Assembly: GCA_950097015.1 (NCBI GenBank)
Contig: CATNEN010000003.1
Coordinates: 5,580,001 to 5,644,000 of the forward strand
Direction: 5' to 3'
From: Macrostomum hystrix
Lineage: Eukaryota; Animalia; Platyhelminthes
Length of the DNA: 64,000 nucleotides
The notes below the pieces were generated by a model that had not been told where the DNA came from, ran no database searches, and saw only the letters and a list, made by a program, of their open reading frames with translations. Position 1 is the stretch's first letter. Every line of letters starts with the position of its first letter. The translations under genes and the position numbers were made by a program. Of this stretch, positions 1 through 11,400 are shown one piece after another.

Positions 1-3000
1 ACCAGTCTCATGTGAGAGAGTGCCAGTCTCATGTGAGAGAGTGCCAGTCTCATGTGAGAGAGTGCCAGTCTCATTTGAGAGAGTGCCAGTCTAATGTGAG
101 AGAGTGCCAGTCTCATGTGAGAGAGTGCCAGTCTCATGTGAGAGAGTGCCAGTCTCATGTGAGACAGTGCCAGTCTCATGTGAGAGAGTGCCAGTCTAAT
201 GTGAGAGAGTACCAGTCTCATGTGAGAGAGTACCAGTCTCATGTGAGAGAGTGCCAGTCTCATGTGAGAGAGTGCCAGTCTCATGTGAGAGAGTGCCAGT
301 CTCATGTGAGAGAGTGCCAGTCTCATGTGAGAGAGTACCAGTCTCATGTGAGAGAGTGCCAGTCTCATGTGAGAGAGTACCAGTCTCATGTGAGACAGTG
401 CCAGTCTCATGTGAGAGAGTGCCAGTCTCATGTGAGAGAGTGCCAGTCTCATGTGAGAGAGTACCAGTCTCATGTGAGAGAGTGCCAGTCTCATGTGAGA
501 GAGTACCAGTCTCATGTGAGACACTGCCAGTCTCATGTGAGAGAGTGCCAGTCTCATGTGAAAGAGTACCAGTCTCATGTGAGAGAGTGCAAGTCTCATT
601 TGAGAGAGTGCCAGTCTCATGTGAGAGAGTGCCAGTCTCATGTGAGACAGTGCCAGTCTCATGTGAGACAGTGCCAGTCTCATGTGAGACAGTGCCAGTC
701 TCATGTGAGACAGTGCCAGTCTCATGTGAGACAGTGCCAGTCTCATGTGAGACAGTGCCAGTCTCATGTGAGAGAGTGCCAGTCTCATTTGAGAGAGTGC
801 CAGTCTCATGTGAGAGAGTGCCAGTCTCATGTGAGAGAGTACCAGTCTCATGTGAGAGAGTGCCAGTCTCATGTGAGAGAGTGCCAGTCTCATGTGAGAG
901 AGTACCAGTCTCATGTGAGAGAGTGCCAGTCTCATGTGAGAGAGTGCCAGTCTCATGTGAGAGAGTACCAGTCTCATGTGAGAGAGTGCCAGTCTCATGT
1001 GAGAGAGTGCCAGTCTAATGTGAGAGAGTACCAGTCTCATGTGAGAGAGTACCAGTCTCATGTGAGAGAGTACCAGTCTCATGTGAGAGAGTGCCAGTCT
1101 CATTTGAGAGAGTGCCAGTCTCATGTGAGAGAGTGCCAGTCTCATGTGAGACAGTGCCAGTCTCATGTGAGAGAGTGCCAGTCTAATGTGAGAGAGTACC
1201 AGTCTCATGTGAGAGAGTACCAGTCTCATGTGAGAGAGTGCCAGTCTCATGTGAGAGAGTGCCAGTCTCATGTGAGAGAGTGCCAGTCTCATGTGAGAGA
1301 GTACCAGTCTCATGTGAGAGAGTGCCAGTCTCATGTGAGAGAGTACCAGTCTCATGTGAGACAGTGCCAGTCTCATGTGAGAGAGTGCCAGTCTCATGTG
1401 AGAGAGTGCCAGTCTCATGTGAGAGAGTACCAGTCTCATGTGAGAGAGTGCCAGTCTCATGTGAGAGAGTACCAGTCTCATGTGAGACACTGCCAGTCTC
1501 ATGTGAGAGAGTGCCAGTCTCATGTGAAAGAGTACCAGTCTCATGTGAGAGAGTGCAAGTCTCATTTGAGAGAGTGCCAGTCTCATGTGAGAGAGTGCCA
1601 GTCTCATGTGAGACAGTGCCAGTCTCATGTGAGACAGTGCCAGTCTCATGTGAGACAGTGCCAGTCTCATGTGAGACAGTGCCAGTCTCATGTGAGACAG
1701 TGCCAGTCTCATGTGAGAGAGTGGCAGTCTAATGTGAGAGAGTGCCAGTCTCATGTGAGAGAGTGCCAGTCTCATGTGAGAGAGTGCCAGTCTCATGTGA
1801 GAGAGTGCCAGTCTCATTTGAGAGAGTGCCAGTCTCATGTGAGAGAGTGCCAGTCTCATGTGAGAGAGTGCCAGTCTCATATGAGAGAGTGCCAGTCTCA
1901 TGTGAGAGAGTGCCAGTCTCATGTGAGAGAGTGCCAGTCTAATGTGAGAGAGTACCAGTCTCATGTGAGAGAGTACCAGTCTCATGTGAGAGAGTACCAG
2001 TCTCATGTGAGAGAGTGCCAGTCTCATTTGAGAGAGTGCCAGTCTCATGTGAGAGAGTGCCAGTCTCATGTGAGAGAGTGCCAGTCTCATGTGAGAGAGT
2101 GCCAGTCTCATGTGACAGAGTGCCAGTCTCATGTGAGAGAGTGGCAGTCTAATGTGAGAGAGTGCCAGTCTCATGTGAGAGAGTGCCAGTCTCATGTGAG
2201 AGAGTGCCAGTCTCATGTGAGAGAGTGCCAGTCTCATTTGAGAGAGTGCCAGTCTCATGTGAGAGAGTGCCAGTCTCATGTGAGAGAGTGCCAGTCTCAT
2301 ATGAGAGAGTGCCAGTCTCATGTGAGAGAGTGCCAGTCTCATGTGAGAGAGTGCCAGTCCAATGTGAGAGAGTACCAGTCTCATGTGAGAGAGTACCAGT
2401 CTCATGTGAGAGAGTGCCAGTCTCATGTGAGAGAGTGCCAGTCTCATGTGAGAGAGTGCCAGTCTCATTTGAGAGAGTGCCAGTCTAATGTGAGAGAGTG
2501 CCAGTCTCATGTGAGAGAGTGCCAGTCTCATGTGAGAGAGTGCCAGTCTCATGTGAGACAGTGCCAGTCTCATGTGAGAGAGTGCCAGTCTAATGTGAGA
2601 GAGTACCAGTCTCATGTGAGAGAGTACCAGTCTCATGTGAGAGAGTGCCAGTCTCATGTGAGAGAGTGCCAGTCTCATGTGAGAGAGTGCCAGTCTCATG
2701 TGAGAGAGTGCCAGTCTCATGTGAGAGAGTACCAGTCTCATGTGAGAGAGTGCCAGTCTCATGTGAGAGAGTACCAGTCTCATGTGAGACAGTGCCAGTC
2801 TCATGTGAGAGAGTGCCAGTCTCATGTGAGAGAGTGCCAGTCTCATGTGAGAGAGTACCAGTCTCATGTGAGAGAGTGCCAGTCTCATGTGAGAGAGTAC
2901 CAGTCTCATGTGAGACACTGCCAGTCTCATGTGAGAGAGTGCCAGTCTCATGTGAAAGAGTACCAGTCTCATGTGAGAGAGTGCAAGTCTCATTTGAGAG

Positions 3001-5895
3001 AGTGCCAGTCTCATGTGAGAGAGTGCCAGTCTCATGTGAGACAGTGCCAGTCTCATGTGAGACAGTGCCAGTCTCATGTGAGACAGTGCCAGTCTCATGT
3101 GAGACAGTGCCAGTCTCATGTGAGAGAGTGCCAGTCTAATGTGAGAGAGTACCAGTCTCATGTGAGAGAGTACCAGTCTCATGTGAGAGAGTGCCAGTCT
3201 CATGTGAGAGAGTGCCAGTCTCATGTGAGAGAGTGCCAGTCTCATGTGAGAGAGTACCAGTCTCATGTGAGAGAGTGCCAGTCTCATGTGAGAGAGTACC
3301 AGTCTCATGTGAGACAGTGCCAGTCTCATGTGAGAGAGTGCCAGTCTCATGTGAGAGAGTGCCAGTCTCATGTGAGAGAGTACCAGTCTCATGTGAGAGA
3401 GTGCCAGTCTCATGTGAGAGAGTACCAGTCTCATGTGAGACACTGCCAGTCTCATGTGAGAGAGTGCCAGTCTCATGTGAAAGAGTACCAGTCTCATGTG
3501 AGAGAGTGCAAGTCTCATTTGAGAGAGTGCCAGTCTCATGTGAGAGAGTGCCAGTCTCATGTGAGACAGTGCCAGTCTCATGTGAGACAGTGCCAGTCTC
3601 ATGTGAGACAGTGCCAGTCTCATGTGAGACAGTGCCAGTCTCATGTGAGACAGTGCCAGTCTCATGTGAGACAGTGCCAGTCTCATGTGAGAGAGTGCCA
3701 GTCTCATTTGAGAGAGTGCCAGTCTCATGTGAGAGAGTGCCAGTCTCATGTGAGAGAGTACCAGTCTCATGTGAGAGAGTGCCAGTCTCATGTGAGAGAG
3801 TGCCAGTCTAATGTGAGAGAGTACCAGTCTCATGTGAGAGAGTACCAGTCTCATGTGAGAGAGTACCAGTCTCATGTGAGAGAGTGCCAGTCTCATTTGA
3901 GAGAGTGCCAGTCTCATGTGAGAGAGTGCCAGTCTCATGTGAGAGAGTGCCAGTCTCATGTGAGAGAGTGCCAGTCTCATGTGACAGAGTGCCAGTCTCA
4001 TGTGAGAGAGTGGCAGTCTAATGTGAGAGAGTGCCAGTCTCATGTGAGAGAGTGCCAGTCTCATGTGAGAGAGTGCCAGTCTCATGTGAGAGAGTGCCAG
4101 TCTCATTTGAGAGAGTGCCAGTCTCATGTGAGAGAGTGCCAGTCTCATGTGAGAGAGTGCCAGTCTCATATGAGAGAGTGCCAGTCTCATGTGAGAGAGT
4201 GCCAGTCTCATGTGAGAGAGTGCCAGTCCAATGTGAGAGAGTACCAGTCTCATGTGAGAGAGTACCAGTCTCATGTGAGAGAGTGCCAGTCTCATGTGAG
4301 AGAGTGCCAGTCTCATGTGAGAGAGTGCCAGTCTCATTTGAGAGAGTGCCAGTCTAATGTGAGAGAGTGCCAGTCTCATGTGAGAGAGTGCCAGTCTCAT
4401 GTGAGAGAGTGCCAGTCTCATGTGAGACAGTGCCAGTCTCATGTGAGAGAGTGCCAGTCTAATGTGAGAGAGTACCAGTCTCATGTGAGAGAGTACCAGT
4501 CTCATGTGAGAGAGTGCCAGTCTCATGTGAGAGAGTGCCAGTCTCATGTGAGAGAGTGCCAGTCTCATGTGAGAGAGTGCCAGTCTCATGTGAGAGAGTA
4601 CCAGTCTCATGTGAGAGAGTGCCAGTCTCATGTGAGAGAGTACCAGTCTCATGTGAGACAGTGCCAGTCTCATGTGAGAGAGTGCCAGTCTCATGTGAGA
4701 GAGTGCCAGTCTCATGTGAGAGAGTACCAGTCTCATGTGAGAGAGTGCCAGTCTCATGTGAGAGAGTACCAGTCTCATGTGAGACACTGCCAGTCTCATG
4801 TGAGAGAGTGCCAGTCTCATGTGAAAGAGTACCAGTCTCATGTGAGAGAGTGCAAGTCTCATTTGAGAGAGTGCCAGTCTCATGTGAGAGAGTGCCAGTC
4901 TCATGTGAGACAGTGCCAGTCTCATGTGAGACAGTGCCAGTCTCATGTGAGACAGTGCCAGTCTCATGTGAGACAGTGCCAGTCTCATGTGAGACAGTGC
5001 CAGTCTCATGTGAGACAGTGCCAGTCTCATGTGAGAGAGTGCCAGTCTCATTTGAGAGAGTGCCAGTCTCATGTGAGAGAGTGCCAGTCTCATGTGAGAG
5101 AGTACCAGTCTCATGTGAGAGAGTGCCAGTCTCATGTGAGAGAGTGCCAGTCTAATGTGAGAGAGTACCAGTCTCATGTGAGAGAGTACCAGTCTCATGT
5201 GAGAGAGTACCAGTCTCATGTGAGAGAGTGCCAGTCTCATTTGAGAGAGTGCCAGTCTCATGTGAGAGAGTGCCAGTCTCATGTGAGAGAGTGCCAGTCT
5301 CATGTGAGAGAGTGCCAGTCTCATGTGACAGAGTGCCAGTCTCATGTGAGAGAGTGGCAGTCTAATGTGAGAGAGTGCCAGTCTCATGTGAGAGAGTGCC
5401 AGTCTCATGTGAGAGAGTGCCAGTCTCATGTGAGAGAGTGCCAGTCTCATTTGAGAGAGTGCCAGTCTCATGTGAGAGAGTGCCAGTCTCATGTGAGAGA
5501 GTGCCAGTCTCATATGAGAGAGTGCCAGTCTCATGTGAGAGAGTGCCAGTCTCATGTGAGAGAGTGCCAGTCTCATGTGAGAGAGTGCCAGTCTCATGTG
5601 AGAGAGTGCCAGTCTCATGTGAGAGAGTGCCAGTCTCATGTGAGAGAGTGCCAGTCTCATGTGAGAGAGTACCAGTCTCATGTGAGAGAGTACCAGTCTC
5701 ATGTGAGAGAGTGCCAGTCTCATTTGAGAGAGTGCCACTCTCATGTGAGAGAGTGCCAGTCTCATGTGAGAGAGTGCCAGTCTCATGTGAGAGAGTACCA
5801 GTCTCATGTGAGACAGTGCCAGTCTCATGTGAGAGAGTGCCAGTCTCATGTGAGAGAGTGCCAGTCTCATGTGAGAGAGTGCCAGTCTCATGTGA
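1..5895. repeat. 21-bp minisatellite (GTGCCAGTCTCATGTGAGAGA)n, ~280 copies, truncated by window start; intronic in the C-type lectin gene
   Basis: Directly visible tandem unit. It explains the 1976-aa VRECQSH ORF and the PVSCERV ORFs. Confidence 0.98.
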
Positions 5896-5928
5896 AAATG
5901 AATAAATTGCTACGATCGCATGGCATAC

Positions 5929-7018
5929 CCCAGATGCTTTAATTGGCTCTGAATTTTTCGATCGCCTGCAAGGTTGCTGTCTAATTAGGCCAATCCAGAC
6001 CTGTCCTAAGTGACAAGTGTTAGTGTTCAATTCCAAGGTTGCAATAAACTTCGCCTCTGCTTGGCTGTGCACAGAAGCTAGGTGGCCCTTGAACTTTTCC
6101 TCGCAATACAGATTGGCGTCAACGAAGCTCGTGGCAAAGTCGGACAGCCAGTAGCAATGGTCGCCGTAGTGCTCCATCGGTAATTGACACCTGGAAAGAA
6201 TTGGATTGCCAGGAGAGAAACATAGTTACTGGGCAAAACGCTTAAATTCCTAGTCCTTCAGTCCATGTATTTTAGGACCGGCTATGCCAATGACTGTGCA
6301 ATCTGGTACTGGTGTGGTCTAGGTGTGATTTTGTATCTATCTAACTATTGAACAAAGCGCATTTGCAAGGTGTATATGCGAACAGTTTATAGTAGCCAAT
6401 TCTCGACCGGGTCTTGCATACGAATGGCAGCCTCTCGTGGTAGTGCGTGTTGAACCATAATCGATTTTCAGCTCGAAGCGCTCCGGCATGGTTATCCAAG
6501 GCCAGGTCTATGGCCTGCACTGCTGTCTTGTTGAGCTTAGTCGGCTGAAATGATCCGCTATTTTCCTTGACTTGATCCGACTCACTGTCGGTCCATTTGT
6601 AGGTGGATGGATCAGAAACGCGATAATATTCCGTGGCGAACCGTCCAATCCAGACACCGCGACAGTCAGTTAGTCTAGAAACCAGTTGATTCTCCTCCTG
6701 TGACCGGATGGAGACTAGATGGCCGCCCCAGGTGCGACAGGCCTTCTCAGCCGGGTACCAAGGAAGCTTAGTTAGCACGTATCGGTAGCAGTAGTCTCCC
6801 CGCTGCAGCCATGCTTCGTCAGCGGGCTCCGTCATCAGCTCACCTGCGTTGGACGCCGCAGTTGAGCTGTTGTTGGTGGATTCCGAGTCAACTATCAGAC
6901 TTTTAGAGGTTGGACACTGACCAAACGAAGGTGCTATCATTAGTTGGCTAATCAGTACAGTTAAGGCAAGAACTGCCAAGTTTTCCTGAATTTCCTGTCT
7001 TAAACCATGTCGATGCAT
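5929..7018 (-). CDS. Multi-domain C-type lectin protein, 5' part (exons 7018-6408 and 6190-5929; remainder lies beyond the window start)
   Basis: Hydrophobic signal-like N-terminus. CTLD1: WLQRGDYCY..W..AEKACRTWGGHLVSIRSQEEN..VWIG..LPFVCK. CTLD2: YGDHCY..ANLYCEEKFKGHLASVHSQAE..VWIGL. The phase-2 intron CG|GTCGAG...TTTCCAG|G joins as CKTRCQLPME. Next donor GG|GTATGC at 5928. Confidence 0.85.
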
Positions 7019-7678
7019 GTTCTGAAGTCTTATTCAGCTAGATAATTCGTTCAGTAAAAGTGCAATCTCTTGGTTCAATGTCGCAGCTCGAGTGTGCCCT
7101 CGGGTGAAAATTTATTGTAAAGCCTTGCCCGTGGTTTACTTAGGCTAAAATGTCTATGGCACAAAAACAGTAATGCCCATGCTTTGCGGGCGTGCTGAAT
7201 ACCATAAACTAAACATATCTCATCACCTCTCAACTTTATTGAACCTTTTGTCATAGATTTGCCAGCGAAAGAATAATCAGTAGACTATTTTGTGCTTTAA
7301 GTACTCAGCACAGATGTGTCCGTTTGTAAAGATAAATTTGCTATTGAAAACTAAAAAAATGAAAGAATTTTAGGAATATTCAATCGTGAAAAGACCAAAG
7401 AAAACATGTATCAGTTATGTCAGCAAAACGTTTTTTTAGAAGACAGGATAATCAAAAAAATCTTTGACGATTAGGTAGATAACAATTTCAGGAATAAGTA
7501 GCCAAGTATGTCACTAAATGGGTCAAGGTAGGTCTTAAGAAAGGTCAGGAAGAGGTCATTAAATTGGTTTCAGAATTGGTAACCGAAAATTTCGCTAAAG
7601 TTTTGCTAATTGGGTCAGTAATTTGTCATTTATAGTTCAAGAGCAGGTCACTAAGTGATGACGAATAGGTCAAAACTA

Positions 7679-8386
7679 GGTCAGGAACTGGTCACACAGC
7701 AAGTCAGGAGTGGGTCACACAGCAAGTCAGGAACGGGTCACACAGCAAGTCAGGAACGGGTCACACAGCAAGTCATGAACGGGTCACACAGCAAGTCAGG
7801 AACGGGTCACACAGCAAGTCAGGAACTGGTCACACAGGAAGTCAGTAACGGGTCACACAGCAAGTCAGGAACGGGTCACACAGCAAGTCAGGAACTGGTC
7901 ACACAGCAAGTCAGGAACTGGTCACACAGCAAGTCAGGAACGGGTCACACAGCAAGTCAGGAACGGGTCACACAGCAAGTCAGGAACGGGTCACACAGCA
8001 AGTCAGGAACGGGTCACACAGCAAGTCAGGAACTGGTCACACAGCAAGTCAGGAACTGGTCACACAGCAAGTCAGGAACGGGTCACACAGCAAGTCAGGA
8101 ACGGGTCACACAGCAAGTCAGGAACGGGTCACACAGCAAGTCAGGAACTGGTCACACAGCAAGTCAGGAACTGGTCACACAGCAAGTCAGGAACGGGTCA
8201 CACAGCAAGTCAGGAACGGGTCACACAGCAAGTCAGGAACTGGTCACACTGCAAGTCAGGAACGGGTCACACAGCAAGTCAGGAACTGGTCACACAGCAA
8301 GTCAGGAACGGGTCACACAGTAAGTCAGTAACGGGTCACACAGCAAGTCAGGAACGGGTCACACAGCAAGTCAGGAGTGGGTCACA
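7679..8386. repeat. 23-bp minisatellite (GGGTCACACAGCAAGTCAGGAAC)n, ~30 copies
   Basis: Visible tandem unit just 3' of the acyltransferase stop codon. Explains ORF 7655-8323. Confidence 0.95.
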
Positions 8387-8468
8387 AAAATAGGTCAGGA
8401 ATAGGTAACTTTATTTATAGTATTTTTTGGGTCACCATATAGTTTTGACCATGAATTGGGTCTTTAAT

Positions 8469-11400
8469 TCATTCCATCGCCAGCCGTTCGAGTGCAATAA
8501 ACGGCGACTCAAGCGCCAGAGAAGCTCCGAATGCCGCAGCATACGCAGCCATCAGGTACATGAGGTATGCCCCGACGGGAGTCCAGGCATTCCATTGGTA
8601 GGTGTCACGGCGGGCGATCTCCACCGCAGTCATGATGACCGGGTGAATCAGGTAGGCGCAGTAGCTTAGGCGCGACAGCGGAGCGAAAACTCGGGCCGAA
8701 AGAAACTCCGCGATGCAGCCGCCGTTTCCAGTGGCGCAGGCCAAAATAACCCACGCCACACCTGGTGGGTGAGCATGAGATGAGTTCAGATGGATTGGAC
8801 CCTGAAGCGAATCTAGTCGTGACTTCTAATTCATATCTAGTCGTGTCTTCTGAATCGAATCTAGTCGTGTTTTCTGAAGCGAATCTACTCGTGTCTTCTG
8901 AAGCGAATCTAGTCGTGTCTTCTAATGCGTATCTAGTCGTGTCTTCTGAAGCGAATCTAGTCGTGTCTTCTGAAGCGAATCTAGTCGTGTATTCTGAAGC
9001 GAATCTAGTCGTGTCTTCTGAAGCGAATCTAGTCGTGTTTTCTGAATCGAATCTAGTCGTGTCTTCTGAAGCGAATCTAGTCGTGTTTTCTGAATCGAAT
9101 CTAGTCGTGTCTTCTGAAGCGAATCTAGTCGTGTCTTCTGAAGCGAATCTAGTCGTGTCTTCTGAAGCGAATCTAGTCGTGTCTTCTAATGCGTATCTAG
9201 TCGTGTCTTCTGAAGCGAATCTAGTCGTGTCTTCTGAAGCGAATCTAGTCGTGTCTTCTAATGCATATCTAGTCGTGTCTTCTGAAGCGAATCTAGTCGT
9301 GTCTTCTGAAGCGAATCTAGTCGTGTCTTCTAATGCGTATCTAGTCGTGTCTTCTGAAGCGAATCTAGTCGTGTCTTCTAATGCGTATCTAGTCGTGTTT
9401 TCTGAAGCGAATCTAGTCGTGTCTTCTGAAGCGAATCTAGTCGTGTCTTCTAATGCGTATCTAGTCGTGTCTTCTGAAGCGTATCTAGTCGTGTCTTCTG
9501 AAACGAATCTAGTCGTGTCTTCTAATGCGTATCTAGTCGTGTCTTCTAATGCGTATCTAGTCGTGTCTTCTGAAGCGAATCTAGTCGTGTCTTCTGAAGC
9601 GAATCTAGTCGTGTCTTCTAATGCGTATCTAGTCGTGTCTTCTGAAGCGAATCTAGTCGTGTCTTCTAATGCGTATCTAGTCGTGTTTTCTGAAGCGAAT
9701 CTAGTCGTGTCTTCTGAAGCGAATCTAGTCGTGTATTCTGAAGCGAATCAAGTCGTGTTTTCTGAAGCGAATCTAGTCGTGTTTTCTGAATCGAATCTAG
9801 TCGTGTCTTCTGAAGCGAATCTAGTCGTGTTTTCTCAAGCGAATCTAGTCGTGTCTTCTGAAGCGAATCTAGTCGTGTCTTCTAATTCATATCTAGTCGT
9901 GTCTTCTGAAGCGAATCTAGTCGTGTCTTCTAATTCATATCTAGTCGTGTCTTCTGAAGCGAATCTAGTCGTGTCTTCTCAAGCGAATCTAGTGGTGTCT
10001 TCTAATGCGTATCTAGTCGTGTTTTCTGAAGCGAATCTAGTCGTGTCTTCTGAAGCGAATCTAGTCGTGTCTTCTAATGCGTATCTAGTCGTGTCTTCTA
10101 AAGCGAATCTAGTCGTGTCTTCTAATGCGTATCTAGTCGTGTCTTCTGAAGCGAATCTAGTCGTGTCTTCTAATGCGTATCTAGTCGTGTCTTCTGAAGC
10201 GAATCTAGTCGTGTCTTCTAATGCGTATCTAGTCGTGTTTTCTGAAGCGAAACTAGTCGTGTCTTCTGAAGCGAATCTAGTCGTGTCTTCTAATGCGTAT
10301 CTAGTCGTGTTTTCTGAAGCGAATCTAGTCGTGTCTTCTGAAGCGAATCTAGTCGTGTCTTCTGAAGCGAATCTAGTCGTGTCTTCTAATGCGTATCTAG
10401 TCGTGTTTTCTGAAGCGAATCTAGTCGTGTCTTCTGAAGCGAATCTAGTCGTGTCTTCTAATGCGTATCTAGTCGTGTTTTCTGAAGCGAATCTAGTCGT
10501 GTCTTCTGAAGCGAATCTAGTCGTGTCTTCTAATGCGTATCTAGTCGTGTCTTCTGAAGCGTATCTAGTCGTGTCTTCTGAAGCGAATCTAGTCGTGTCT
10601 TCTAATGCGTATCTAGTCGTGTCTTCTGAAGCGAATCTAATCGTGTCTTCTTAAGCGAATCTAGTCGTGTCTTCTAATGCGTATCTAGTCGTGTCTTCTA
10701 ATGCGTATCTAGTCGTGTCTTCTAATGCGTATCTAGTCGTGACTTCTGAAGCGAATCTAGCGCGAATCTGTTTCAGGTGGTATTTGGCACTGTATTTTTT
10801 AGCGCTAGTCGGCCCCCGCCAGCAAGGAGACAGTTCTACCCCCTCATTCTGATCTGTACTAAGATCTCTACCTCTAATTTTACAACACACGCGCACATCC
10901 GTGTAAGACCTTACCCAATGACCAAGCCAAACGAAAGGTAGCATTGTACAATGACGTAACTGGCTGGGACAATGTCACACGGCCATTCTGAACGTCGTAC
11001 AATCCGTACAGCACGCTTAAGCATAGAGCGGCAGCGGCGCCCCAGCCCAACAGTCGGAGGCTCCAGCGCAGTCGCCAGCGGACCGCAGCGTGTCGACGAC
11101 GAATCGGAAAGCCGAAGTCGTCAATAGATGGCGACAGCAACTTGTGCGCAAGCAGGCCTGTCAGACTGCCCACCAGGTAGGGTCCGATGCGAAACCAGGG
11201 CCGGGTGTAGATCTCACTGAAGGTGGCAGAGCTGCTGCCGGATCCGGCGGGACCAATGCCAGCTATCGTTGAGTAGAGTCCCAGACCCACCGATGTTGCT
11301 AGGATGCCGAGGATGACAAGCCCTGCGCCAATCTTTGGCCGTTTAGCCATCACGGTGAGGAATATTGGACTGATGATGTAGAACTGCATATCGTTGGCCA

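Noticed and set aside
5362-5928. HETGTLS repeat tail fused to the lectin domain
   Set aside because: Read-through past a good donor (GG|GTATGC at 5928) in mid-domain. The CTLD needs further exons.
12-5942. 1976-aa VRECQSH repeat ORF and overlapping PVSCERV ORFs
   Set aside because: A stop-free 21-bp unit gives open frames trivially. The array lies in the intron of an antisense lectin gene and variants are mostly non-synonymous.
8765-10654. 629-aa [11 protein letters not shown]
   Set aside because: Translation of a 24-bp intronic minisatellite, antisense to the acyltransferase.
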